The position numbers and the translations under genes are program-made. This document shows positions 1-9,010 of a stretch of 64,000 nucleotides of DNA, piece by piece. Numbering within the stretch: position 1 is the first letter of the stretch; each line of letters starts with the position of its first letter. The notes beneath the pieces were generated by a model. The model did not search any database. It saw only the letters and a program-made list of their open reading frames with translations, and was not told the origin of the DNA. This DNA comes from a virus (lineage: Duplodnaviria; Heunggongvirae; Uroviricota; Caudoviricetes), in the IMG/VR virus record IMGVR_UViG_3300029456_000117, one strand, 5' to 3'.

Positions 1-266
1 TAAGTCTGTCGCAACATCATTTCCACCAAGTATGTGATAAGGTTCATACATCCTTGTGGCGTTCTCTCGTGCGTATATGGGGCAGTAACCCCTCTCAGAC
101 CACTTATTGTATGTCTGAACGATACCATTTCTTAAAAGAGCTTCTACACCCTTGTCAATGGCTTTGTTTTTTAAGTGCTGATTGTACATCAGCTTCGCCA
201 TCACGCCCATTCCGCTGATTATCAATCCAAAAAGAAACTCGATCCAATATTTCACGATAAAATCTA
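1..266 (-). CDS. hypothetical membrane protein, 3' part truncated by window edge
   Basis: Minus-strand ORF starting with ATG at 266 (MIDFIVKYWIEFLFGLIISGMGVMAKLMYNQ...) and running off the window. The N-terminus is hydrophobic. Confidence 0.3.
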
Positions 267-479
267 TCATTCTTCACGCTCCCGTCTGTATGCTCTCAAA
301 TCATACTCAATTAAATCCATCTTCTGATCCACGTCGTTTTTCATATCATCGAGTTCCTTATGCAGCTCATCCGATATTCTGCACTGCTCAATGATTTCTT
401 CCTGTTTTCGGATGATTTCAAGCATTTGTGTGGTTGCCTCACACAGCCTATCTACAATGACATAACTTCCATCACGCAT
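267..479 (-). CDS. small hypothetical protein downstream of DGR RT
   Basis: 70-aa ORF with a charged, coiled-coil-like sequence. Its start overlaps the RT stop. Confidence 0.3.
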   Translation of the reverse strand: MRDGSYVIVDRLCEATTQMLEIIRKQEEIIEQCRISDELHKELDDMKNDVDQKMDLIEYDLRAYRREREE

Positions 480-1500
480 GACTTTCCTTTAACTCCTTTG
501 CTTCGCAGGTGATCTTCTCCACCAGATTATAGGTATCGGCGTGTTTGATTGAACCAATTCTGCTCGTGAGAGACTTGTCGAAAAATTCTTCTGTGATTGT
601 TCCATTCTTAAAGTTTTTCATAAGACGCTTCAATCTTCGCATAGCATCTTTTCTGATTTTCTTCGTGGAGTTCCAATGCCTATATCCTACAAAATCAACG
701 CCGTTCTTCGCATATACGATTGTTGTCTTTGGATTTAACTGCAATTTCAGAACTTCCGCAAGGAATGTCTCTATCTGTTTCTTCCACCGTTTTAACTGTT
801 CGAGATCATCTGATATAATCAGAAAATCGTCCATATATCTCATGTAATACTTCGCATGAAGAGTATGTTTTACGAACATATCTAAGCGGTGTAAGTATAC
901 ATTAGCAAATAACTGGCTTGTAAGATTTCCAACCGGTATGCCGACACCGTCCGGGAATATCCCATTATGGTCTATTATCCGGTCAAGGATTACGAGTAAG
1001 TCCTTGTCTTTAATGTAGGTTCTAATTTCTCTTTTCAGAACCTTGTGGTCTATGCTCTGGAAGTAATGGTGTATGTCGGCTTTCAACACATAAACTGATT
1101 TGCCTTGCACGACTTCCAGATTATATAACCACCTTGTCAACTGCTTGCTGGCTCTGTGAGCACCTTTCCCCTTTCTGCAAGCGTAGGAATGGTATATGAA
1201 CTGATGCTCAAATATCGGCTCTATATAATTGACAATCATGTGTTGGATAACCCTATCGTAGAACGGCAATGCCATAATTATCCGTTCCTTTGGTTCCCAC
1301 ACTTTGAAAACTTTGTACTTCCCAGGAGTGTATGTCAAACTCTTTAATTCCCGGCGGGCTTTGCTGAGATATTCTTCTCTGTTTGCTTCAAACTCCAAAA
1401 CCTCCGGTCTGTACCTTTTGCACCGCCTCGCCTTTCTGTATGCAAGTAAGGCATTGCTCATGGTACAGATGTTTTTCATAAGACCTGTTATTCTCTTCAT
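472..1500 (-). CDS. diversity-generating retroelement (DGR) reverse transcriptase
   Basis: 342 aa with an RT fold. It has the DGR-specific motif-4 signature IPVGNLTSQ (I/LGxxxSQ, replacing the QGxxxSP of group II introns) and the YMDD catalytic box (YMRYMDDFLI). It lies immediately downstream of a TR/VR pair. Confidence 0.9.
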   Translation of the reverse strand: MKRITGLMKNICTMSNALLAYRKARRCKRYRPEVLEFEANREEYLSKARRELKSLTYTPGKYKVFKVWEPKERIIMALPFYDRVIQHMIVNYIEPIFEHQFIYHSYACRKGKGAHRASKQLTRWLYNLEVVQGKSVYVLKADIHHYFQSIDHKVLKREIRTYIKDKDLLVILDRIIDHNGIFPDGVGIPVGNLTSQLFANVYLHRLDMFVKHTLHAKYYMRYMDDFLIISDDLEQLKRWKKQIETFLAEVLKLQLNPKTTIVYAKNGVDFVGYRHWNSTKKIRKDAMRRLKRLMKNFKNGTITEEFFDKSLTSRIGSIKHADTYNLVEKITCEAKELKESHA

Positions 1501-1667
1501 ATAATCGCTTACGTCACACTTCCTTCGCTTACGCTACTATTTGACTCCGCTGTTTTAAATTTGCCCGATTCGCACGGGACGGGATAGCCGTCTGACTATT
1601 CAATAATGATTATCAAATAATCCTTGTTGGCAAGCCGTAGCTCCACCAATCTGAAAGTTTCTAAATA

Positions 1668-1793
1668 GTCACAGACGCACCAGACGCCAATGTTCGTGTT
1701 CACGTTCCACGGATAATTGTTGCAATTCACAGTCCGCGAACCATCGTGAACCCCGTTGTTCCAGTTGCCACCGCCAATGAGCGCGTGCAAACC
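1668..1793 (-). repeat. DGR template repeat (TR), about 126 bp
   Basis: Near-identical to 2301-2426 (VR). All 12 mismatches sit at TR positions that are T on the plus strand, which is A on the coding (minus) strand. The ORF 1596-1790 is just the TR read in frame, not a gene. Confidence 0.85.
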
Positions 1794-1835
1794 TCGGAGC
1801 GACAGTGCGAATTAACAGCTACCCCAAATAGTTGC

Positions 1836-2234
1836 TTATTTTCGTTTCTCTGCTTGTGCTTTATTTATCAGACCTCCGATGCACGCTCCCATAATTCCTA
1901 TCTGCTCTGCACAATATTCGTAAACTCTATTGTTCATCGCAGAATATCCAAGATCGTGCGCCAATCGGATTTTTCTTACCAATTTTCCTTTCAGCCTGTC
2001 GGCTGTATAAAGATGGCTGATTGTCTTTGACCTCTCGTATGCTTCTATCTCATCCATGATTCCGTCTATACATTCTCGTATATCCTTTTGGAGAGTGAAT
2101 TTCTCATAATGTGGCATTTCTCTCACTTTCTTATGGAGATATACCGATAGGTCGTAGGCCATCTGGTGTGCTTCGGTATGAATGTAATCCATCTTGGTTG
2201 TGGTCTGATTTTCGTATTTGCTCTTGTATGCCAT
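1836..2234 (-). CDS. avd: Avd-like accessory variability determinant (predicted four-helix-bundle protein)
   Basis: 132-aa basic protein sitting exactly between the VR-containing target gene and TR/RT, as in the Bordetella phage BPP-1 cassette. Size and predicted helical character match bAvd and the 23S-rRNA-IVS protein family. Confidence 0.7.
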   Translation of the reverse strand: MAYKSKYENQTTTKMDYIHTEAHQMAYDLSVYLHKKVREMPHYEKFTLQKDIRECIDGIMDEIEAYERSKTISHLYTADRLKGKLVRKIRLAHDLGYSAMNNRVYEYCAEQIGIMGACIGGLINKAQAEKRK

Positions 2235-2261
2235 CTATTACACCCAACCTTTCAACCGCAA

Positions 2262-2285
2262 GGGACTCGGCTTTCGCCGGTCCCC
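2262..2285 (-). other. GC-rich stem-loop immediately 3' of VR (candidate DGR homing hairpin/cruciform)
   Basis: The sequence gggac-tcgg-ctttcg-ccg-gtccc forms an imperfect inverted repeat 16-39 nt downstream of the VR 3' end. The analogous hairpin in BPP-1 enhances mutagenic homing. Confidence 0.45.
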
Positions 2286-2291
2286 ATCAGC

Positions 2292-3395
2292 TTACAGCGA
2301 GTCACAGACGCACCAGACGCCAACGTTCGTGTCCACGTGCCACGGATAATCGCCGCAATACACAGTCCGCGAACCAGCGTGAACCCCGTCGTTCCAGAAG
2401 CCACCGCCAATGAGCGCGAGCAAACCAGTGTTGCTGGCCATGTAAAGCTGGCCAACTTTCTGTCCGCTCATAACGTCATACCAGTTCCATGCTGATCCGG
2501 TAGGGTCGTGAATGAACTCATCAAGCCACTTCCATACGTTTCCAACAAGGTCGCGAACATTCGTTGCGGAAACTGCGTTCTTTACATTTCCGCAGGCGGT
2601 TCTTGCCGTATTGGAAGTTGCGGACCATGCGTAGGTGTTGTTACCATCTTCGCCCTGTGGAGAACCGTATGCGCCTTTGCAGAACTCAGCGTAGGTTGGA
2701 AGTCTCTTTCCTACTCTCATAGCTCTTTCATTGGCGATATACCAGTTTAATCCCTCTGTTCCAGTAATCGGCACAACACCCTTTTTGCTCTGCAAACCAC
2801 TGGCACCATTGTCGGATGAAAGATAGATGTCTCCCCAGAACGGTCCGATATAAACCATTCCGGTAGGATCACAAGTAGGTCTATGGAGAAGAGTCCATAC
2901 AGAGTTAGGAACAATCCCCTCTGTTACGTTTGTTTCCCATCCGCTTCCGAGTGCTGCCCCGGATGCGCTGATCGGAATACCGGAACTATTTGTTTTTCTG
3001 ACTACACCGTAATGGAAGCCACCGATTTTTCTTGATGTAACTGCTGTATAACCGTTTGGATATGTCGTATTAAGGGAAATACGATACTGTTCGGATGCAA
3101 AGTTGGTTGCGTCTCCGCCGGTGGGATCGCAGATATAAATGCAGTAATCTTTTCCGACTTCAAATTTTGAAGCCGTTCCGTCCAGATTGCTTGCTGTGAG
3201 TGTGGTCTTTTCTGTCTTGAAAACAGAATTTCCTACTGCAATCAGAACTCCGGCGATTACAGTAAGTGTTCCGCTCTCCATGCGGATGAATTTCTTATCT
3301 GATGCCACCACATCAGACATGAGGGCAAGTTTGGGAGTGGTTATCTTTGCAATATCATTCTCCATTGCCTCATCATAACCGTAGAATTTACTCAT
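2292..3395 (-). CDS. DGR variable target protein, putative receptor-binding tail fibre with a C-terminal C-type-lectin/FGE-like fold
   Basis: 367 aa. The C-terminal roughly 42 aa are encoded by the VR. The sequence GNVWKWLDEF...GGGFWNDGVHAGSRTVYCGDYPW resembles the FGE-sulfatase/CLec domain (GNVWEW motif) typical of DGR targets. It is the last gene of the tail module. Confidence 0.85.
   Translation of the reverse strand: MSKFYGYDEAMENDIAKITTPKLALMSDVVASDKKFIRMESGTLTVIAGVLIAVGNSVFKTEKTTLTASNLDGTASKFEVGKDYCIYICDPTGGDATNFASEQYRISLNTTYPNGYTAVTSRKIGGFHYGVVRKTNSSGIPISASGAALGSGWETNVTEGIVPNSVWTLLHRPTCDPTGMVYIGPFWGDIYLSSDNGASGLQSKKGVVPITGTEGLNWYIANERAMRVGKRLPTYAEFCKGAYGSPQGEDGNNTYAWSATSNTARTACGNVKNAVSATNVRDLVGNVWKWLDEFIHDPTGSAWNWYDVMSGQKVGQLYMASNTGLLALIGGGFWNDGVHAGSRTVYCGDYPWHVDTNVGVWCVCDSL
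2301..2426 (-). repeat. DGR variable repeat (VR) at the 3' end of the target gene
   Basis: 126 bp, with 114/126 identity to TR. All 12 differences correspond to TR adenines on the coding strand (TR N codons AAC/AAT become F, D, H, Y, V and others in VR). The 21 nt at the 3' end are identical to TR (candidate IMH). Confidence 0.85.
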
Positions 3396-3831
3396 TAGCC
3401 AATTCCTCCTTGATCTGATTCAGTTCTTCGGCTGTCATGCCGAGACTGTCATAAATTGTGTAAGGTGCGGTAACTGCAATTTCCGTGGCTTCGGTAGAAA
3501 CCATAGCGGAAGTGGAGATAATGGTTGTTTCCAACTGGGTATCTCCAGTGTGCTCATCCGGTTCTCCCTCTTCGTGTGTAACATTCGTGATGTTCACAGT
3601 CTTGTTGCCAACGATTGCCTTTGTTCCGGCCTTTGCCTCTGCACAATAGTTGATAGTTACTGTTTTCTTATCCTCTCCTACCGCAAGGATAGGGCAGTGA
3701 AGATAATTCATGTTTTCGAGATCTTCGATGGCTTCTAACAGATCCTTTGCCGCAAATGCGCCATCGTCTACGAGGGTTTTACAGTTTCTAATGTCCTCGG
3801 CGGTTGCAAGTCTCTTAGGGAAATCTCTCAT
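3388..3831 (-). CDS. hypothetical tail-associated protein
   Basis: 147-aa ORF placed between the tail-fibre genes and the DGR target. Confidence 0.4.
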   Translation of the reverse strand: MRDFPKRLATAEDIRNCKTLVDDGAFAAKDLLEAIEDLENMNYLHCPILAVGEDKKTVTINYCAEAKAGTKAIVGNKTVNITNVTHEEGEPDEHTGDTQLETTIISTSAMVSTEATEIAVTAPYTIYDSLGMTAEELNQIKEELANE

Positions 3832-3845
3832 TGTGTCTACCTCCG

Positions 3846-4634
3846 TTATTTATTTACATAGGCTCCTACAAAACCATCGACAAACGCCAATCCGTTGCCG
3901 TCTATGATTCTGAAAGTCTTATGTGTCATAAGATCCGCATTGCTGATAGAAAATGTTTTCGGGGCAACCATATAGTTGTCGTTCGCAATGCTTATTGTGT
4001 ACTCTCCTGCCTCTGTGAGATACAAAGGCTGAGTATAATCTGTAACAGTATATTTGTTACCGGATGTTACATTTTGAACAGTTATTGCAGCAGCAGTTCC
4101 AACGGTATCGTTGAAATGTATCTTCACTGCAAGGTTTCTAATGTGGGTTTCCACATCGTTGATTTCATTCTGCAATTTTCCGGCTGCATCCGCTGACAAC
4201 TGATCTTTAATCATTGAAAACCATTGATTAAACAATATTTCCTGATTGTTCTCAAACGTTGTCATTTCAGATGTGTAGTCTTTCTTTAACTGCACAACAT
4301 CCGCATTTGCCGTTGCTTGCAAATTGTCGAGAAAGATATTGAATGAGTCGAGATCCAGATTTGCTCTCTTGTCAAACTCAACTTTCTGGTTCTCAAAAAA
4401 CTCTGTGAATACCTCATACAAATCTGTTCCGTTTTCCAATGCTGCCATGATTGCATTGACGGCTGTATTGATGCGGTTGGCATCATACGCACCGAAAAAC
4501 GATTCATCATACACCGTATACTGGGTCACATCTTTTACGGAATAACTGCCGTCCCCATTATCAATAGGTATGAACTTCCGCAGACCGGACCATACGGCAT
4601 CCTTGTAGTCTGTCTTTAATCGTTCCCACGCCAC
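3846..4634 (-). CDS. hypothetical tail fibre/structural protein
   Basis: 262-aa ORF in the tail module. Confidence 0.4.
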   Translation of the reverse strand: MAWERLKTDYKDAVWSGLRKFIPIDNGDGSYSVKDVTQYTVYDESFFGAYDANRINTAVNAIMAALENGTDLYEVFTEFFENQKVEFDKRANLDLDSFNIFLDNLQATANADVVQLKKDYTSEMTTFENNQEILFNQWFSMIKDQLSADAAGKLQNEINDVETHIRNLAVKIHFNDTVGTAAAITVQNVTSGNKYTVTDYTQPLYLTEAGEYTISIANDNYMVAPKTFSISNADLMTHKTFRIIDGNGLAFVDGFVGAYVNK

Positions 4635-5252
4635 TTAGAACGCCTCCCTCCTTATGCCAAAGTTAAAGGTAAGCATCTGCCGACCTCTGTATTGGTTTAA
4701 TAACTGATTGAATAAATCCAAAATCAGGCTTTCAATGCGGTTGAGTTCGTTGAAATCAAAAATCTTTCCATTTGCTGTGTATAAGGGGTTCTCCCCTATG
4801 TCCGGCTTAAATGTGTTTTCAGCTATGAGCTTAATGTTTTCTTCCAACTGATTTATCTCATCCGCATAAAAATACTGGTCTTTGCTCCTATCGTCTCCCA
4901 GATCATTTATGGAAAACTCCTGGTACATTGCCACGGCTATCTCTCTGAGATATGCAAGGTTGTTCTTTATCCGGTTGAAATCCTCCGTGTTGAACCGGTC
5001 TCCGTGATAAATCCCATCATCGTCTGTGTAACCGTACCAATCTGTTTTTGGAGTGGTCCAGGAACCCGAGATAGAAATAACCATTGTTTCCGTTGTACTA
5101 TTCCCGGCAGAATCCGTTGCCGTCAATACGGCTACATGATCCTTTTCCGAACCATCTATGCTTGCGGAGGCTTTATATACGGTTCCGATAGAGTGCTGAA
5201 AATTCAGTTCTTTATCGTCAAGTGTTCCTGTGACATTTGCTATATCAGCCAT
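4635..5252 (-). CDS. hypothetical structural protein
   Basis: 205-aa ORF, contiguous with neighbours on the same strand. Confidence 0.4.
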   Translation of the reverse strand: MADIANVTGTLDDKELNFQHSIGTVYKASASIDGSEKDHVAVLTATDSAGNSTTETMVISISGSWTTPKTDWYGYTDDDGIYHGDRFNTEDFNRIKNNLAYLREIAVAMYQEFSINDLGDDRSKDQYFYADEINQLEENIKLIAENTFKPDIGENPLYTANGKIFDFNELNRIESLILDLFNQLLNQYRGRQMLTFNFGIRREAF

Positions 5253-5265
5253 TATTCATCGCCTC

Positions 5266-5472
5266 CTATCCTTTGGTGTAATTGCCAACGTATGCCAGTG
5301 GCAATTTATCAGGAATTTCCTTGTCTGATATATTGACATAGGAGCCAACATAATTGCCGACAAATGCAACGCCTTTCAGTTCCTCAATGGAAACTGAGAT
5401 TGTGTATTTCCCCTTTGCCTGCACGGGGTTCGGACTTATCGTAACGTCCCTTACCAATATGTTAGCTGCCAT
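5266..5472 (-). CDS. small Ig-like repeat protein
   Basis: 68 aa. The repeat SPNPVQAKGKYTISVSI matches the C-terminal repeat of the upstream Ig-like protein (APNPADVGATYVISVSV). Confidence 0.3.
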   Translation of the reverse strand: MAANILVRDVTISPNPVQAKGKYTISVSIEELKGVAFVGNYVGSYVNISDKEIPDKLPLAYVGNYTKG

Positions 5473-5482
5473 GCCGCACCGC

Positions 5483-6370
5483 CTAATCTGTTACCGAAAC
5501 AGAAATTACATAGGTTGCTCCGACATCCGCCGGGTTCGGTGCCAATGAAACATCTGAGATAACCGGTGCTTTTGTATCGAGGGTTACTGTTCTTGTGACG
5601 GTCGTGGTTCTTCCGGCTCCGTCCTTTGCTACAACGGTAATGGTGTTTGAGCCATCTTTCAGGGTTATATCTTTTGAGAAAGTGCCATCGTCATATACAG
5701 TTACTGCGCTGCCGTTGATTGTCAGCGTAACCGGACTTGATGTTGCATCGTTGGTAGTTCCGGCTACCGTTACTGTGGTTTTATTCGTGACGAGTTTGTT
5801 TACCGGACTTGTAACTGATAACTCAGGCGGTACAGTATCGATCTTGAATGAAACACTCTTTTGAGTAGCTGCATTGCCGTCATAGTCGGATGCTTTTACA
5901 ACAACGGTGTGTGAACCGTCTGAAAGTGCTGTGGACGGTTTATAACTGCATGAATAACCGGACGTTGTCTTTGTCTTTGTGATTCCAGATATTTCAGAAC
6001 CATCAATAAGCAGTTTGATTGTCCCTGGATTGACACCAGAATCATCATCTGTGACTGTGAATGAAATTGTCGGTTGATTGCTCGTAAGTAACTGTGATGC
6101 TGTCGGAGAAGAGATTGTGATAACCGGTGCGGTTTTCTCTTTTACCGTAAGCCTCAGCTTGCTTCCGAGTGTGGCATCCGACTGGTTTACAGTAGTCGTG
6201 TTGCCGGCCTCATCCTTGGCGATGATCTGTACTCCGTAATAATGTCCTGACTGATTGTATGAGGACTTTGCCGGAGCTGTAAGCGTAGCCTTGTAAGTCT
6301 TTGATTTGCTGTCGTATGTGAGTGTGGTAGTCACGCCATTTACGATAGCCTGTACGGATTTAATAGCCAT
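5483..6370 (-). CDS. Ig-like (BIG-type) domain tail/decoration protein
   Basis: 295 aa, Thr/Ser/Val-rich, with repeated beta-sandwich-like segments (VTxxAxDxxGNxxT). Confidence 0.5.
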   Translation of the reverse strand: MAIKSVQAIVNGVTTTLTYDSKSKTYKATLTAPAKSSYNQSGHYYGVQIIAKDEAGNTTTVNQSDATLGSKLRLTVKEKTAPVITISSPTASQLLTSNQPTISFTVTDDDSGVNPGTIKLLIDGSEISGITKTKTTSGYSCSYKPSTALSDGSHTVVVKASDYDGNAATQKSVSFKIDTVPPELSVTSPVNKLVTNKTTVTVAGTTNDATSSPVTLTINGSAVTVYDDGTFSKDITLKDGSNTITVVAKDGAGRTTTVTRTVTLDTKAPVISDVSLAPNPADVGATYVISVSVTD

Positions 6371-6394
6371 TCATTTTCCTCTTCCTTTCTGTTC

Positions 6395-8641
6395 TTATTT
6401 TTCTGATACCCTACGGGCAATTACCTTTCCAGATAAGCTCTGTGAGAAATTAACAATGTGGCGGTAGATATTTACCTTTAATCCGGGGCGGTATGCGTTC
6501 TCTTGATAAACAATGTCGTTCGCATCAATCTCTGGATTTCCACGGGTATTGTATTCGTACTCAATACCGGCGTTGTAATAATCCCCAAGCCAGTCTGCCA
6601 AGTGGTTTGCTGTTTCCATATCGCTTACCAGAGGATTTTTCCATGTTATGGTCTTTCCTCTGCTATTGAGCGTTTTTACGGCATACTGCTCAACAATGTT
6701 GTATCTGTGTCCTATAATTTCAAACTGGTACTTGCCAGTAATCAGAAACTTAACTGTCACATAATAATCTCCGCTTTCTACAATGCTGACGTTTGATGCT
6801 GAGGAATTGAACGTAGCTCTGCATCCATAAGTCGGATCTCCGAGATAATACGTCTGAATATCTCCCTTTACTGCCTCAGTCTCTTCACTGATAAGAGTTT
6901 CTTCCGCAGTTCCTTTCTGGTAGGAATAGCATGGCACTCTGACAGCCTTGACAAGCTCCTGTTTGATTGATTTTGGAGAAGAGGTCATATCCTGCCTTTC
7001 CATCGTAAAATCCGTTATATCGCCAAATGAGAAGTAATCAACGACTATGCGGTTGAATGGTTCTTTTGTCTTTGTGAACTCAATCTCCATCAAATCAAAA
7101 TCATCAAAATCGTGCTGCACTATCAGCCTCTTTGTAATGTCCGAATTTACCTCATACTCATCCACCTTTTTGCCGTCATTGAAAGTCCTGAATATAATTC
7201 CGTCCGGCAGTGTAGAACCGAACATTAACTGCAAACCATAGTACATGCAGGCGGTTTCCTGAGTGATGTAGATAATCGGATTTTCTTCAAACAGGCAATC
7301 CTTATTGGACTGCTGTAATGAAATATATCCGGTGTACTTATCTGCCTTACTCTGGTTCTCCGGGAGATAATACATTTCTGCATTTACAGTGGTGTAGTTG
7401 TGTGCAAATGAAGCGTACTCCTGTTTTGCAGTCTCACTCTTTATATTCCGAACATGGGAATACTCTGTCTCTCCGTTGCACGTTATGTCGTACTCCGGTG
7501 CGAATGAGGATTTAATTTGTGGTCTGCCGTACCGGTTCTGTGAAAGAACACATCTGCAGGCATTAGCGATAATCTGTAAGGCCTCTTTGTGTTTAACTCT
7601 CGGTATGGGGTTTTTTGTGGTTGACTTTTTGAGGTACGGATCAATGTAGTATTCCTCAATTCCGGCATCCTGGAAAACCAACTCTGCTGCATGGTAATAT
7701 GTGATTCCTGCCGGAGCATAGCAGCCTTTGTAATATTCCTCGTCCATGTTTCTGAAAAGATCCTGACACCTTATCGTTGCCGAGTAATCATCGCTTTCCC
7801 ATGCACTACACTGTAACTTTGCCCCTCTTATCCATTCGATAGTGTCTGAGTTCGGCAACTGATAACCGTACCAGACATACATCTCCTGCCCTGTCTCCAA
7901 GAAGTTGATTGCTGAGTTTGGATTGTCTACATTGAAATACTGATCGTAGTTCTGTAGTTTAACCATGAAATCTATCTGTGGAACATCCTCGCAAATCGGG
8001 GATATGTAGCTGTCTAATTTAGAATCCATAATGTCCTCGTTGTAGTACACAAGGCCATAGCCTAACTGAATTGAATAAATCCTCAGTCGGGAATATGGAT
8101 TTTTCATCTTATAGAAGATGAATTTTATATATGTGGTATTCTCTAACACCTGTTCTGTACTGAACTCTGACTGATCGTTGTCAACAATCTCTATCCTCTG
8201 TCCGCTACTCGTGAGTATGTCGAACCGAGTAGGATAAACCTCTCCAAAATTGATAGTCAGTCCTTTAATGTCCGTTGCTACAACATTCAGTTCGATAAGC
8301 AGCTCATATCCGCTTGCCGGAATCAGAGGTTTGCTTACCAAACCGGTGTCGTAGTAATTCCCGGAAGTATTCTCTCTTGGTAGAAAATACATAGAGCCAT
8401 CTACCTTTGTGAAATCCTGCTCCAATGTGGCATATACGGTTGTCTCTTTTCGCTGACCGAATAAACCGGTCTGCTTTGAATAGTAGGCAAAGTTGTTACC
8501 CATGACGGTTGCATTGGCCTGTGCTTCCTGATTTACCAGACCGAATGAAATCATCATATATGATCGCTCTCTCAGAGAGCTTTTCATGCTTGCCTTGTAT
8601 TCATTTGATACTTTCTGCATACCATCACTCTCCGCAATCAA
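6395..8641 (-). CDS. phage tail protein (Tal-like tail tip or tail-associated protein)
   Basis: 748-aa ORF two genes downstream of the tape measure. Position is conserved in siphovirus tail modules. Confidence 0.55.
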   Translation of the reverse strand: MIAESDGMQKVSNEYKASMKSSLRERSYMMISFGLVNQEAQANATVMGNNFAYYSKQTGLFGQRKETTVYATLEQDFTKVDGSMYFLPRENTSGNYYDTGLVSKPLIPASGYELLIELNVVATDIKGLTINFGEVYPTRFDILTSSGQRIEIVDNDQSEFSTEQVLENTTYIKFIFYKMKNPYSRLRIYSIQLGYGLVYYNEDIMDSKLDSYISPICEDVPQIDFMVKLQNYDQYFNVDNPNSAINFLETGQEMYVWYGYQLPNSDTIEWIRGAKLQCSAWESDDYSATIRCQDLFRNMDEEYYKGCYAPAGITYYHAAELVFQDAGIEEYYIDPYLKKSTTKNPIPRVKHKEALQIIANACRCVLSQNRYGRPQIKSSFAPEYDITCNGETEYSHVRNIKSETAKQEYASFAHNYTTVNAEMYYLPENQSKADKYTGYISLQQSNKDCLFEENPIIYITQETACMYYGLQLMFGSTLPDGIIFRTFNDGKKVDEYEVNSDITKRLIVQHDFDDFDLMEIEFTKTKEPFNRIVVDYFSFGDITDFTMERQDMTSSPKSIKQELVKAVRVPCYSYQKGTAEETLISEETEAVKGDIQTYYLGDPTYGCRATFNSSASNVSIVESGDYYVTVKFLITGKYQFEIIGHRYNIVEQYAVKTLNSRGKTITWKNPLVSDMETANHLADWLGDYYNAGIEYEYNTRGNPEIDANDIVYQENAYRPGLKVNIYRHIVNFSQSLSGKVIARRVSEK

Positions 8642-8996
8642 TAAGGTTTACTTTGCAACTCTGATAGGTAATTGGATTTCCGTCTGAATCTATCCAGTAC
8701 GGTTCCGCCGTTCTATCTCCTGGGTACATCTTAATCGTGATTTTCTTCATTGTTACCGGATCCGGGAACGTGACATATACGAAAAATGCACTCAGCACCG
8801 TAAGCATCCGGCTCCATTCTGCTGCTGTAAGCCACGGCCATTCGAGGGTGTCGAGTTTGTATTGATCCCGACCAACCCTCTGCCCTACGACCGTGCCGTT
8901 GGCATTTCTTCCGGCATCCACCATGGTAGATACTGTTGGTTTTGCCCCACGCTTCGGAGGTGGGAAGTCATAACCATTAACTGATATATAAGCCAT
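8625..8996 (-). CDS. putative distal tail protein
   Basis: 123-aa ORF directly downstream of the tape measure gene. Confidence 0.35.
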   Translation of the reverse strand: MAYISVNGYDFPPPKRGAKPTVSTMVDAGRNANGTVVGQRVGRDQYKLDTLEWPWLTAAEWSRMLTVLSAFFVYVTFPDPVTMKKITIKMYPGDRTAEPYWIDSDGNPITYQSCKVNLIDCGE

Positions 8997-9010
8997 TCCC
9001 TATCCCTCCT

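Noticed and set aside
1596-1790. 64-aa ORF resembling the C-terminus of the DGR target
   Set aside because: It is the template repeat read in frame, not a gene. It has no start context and lies between avd and the RT.
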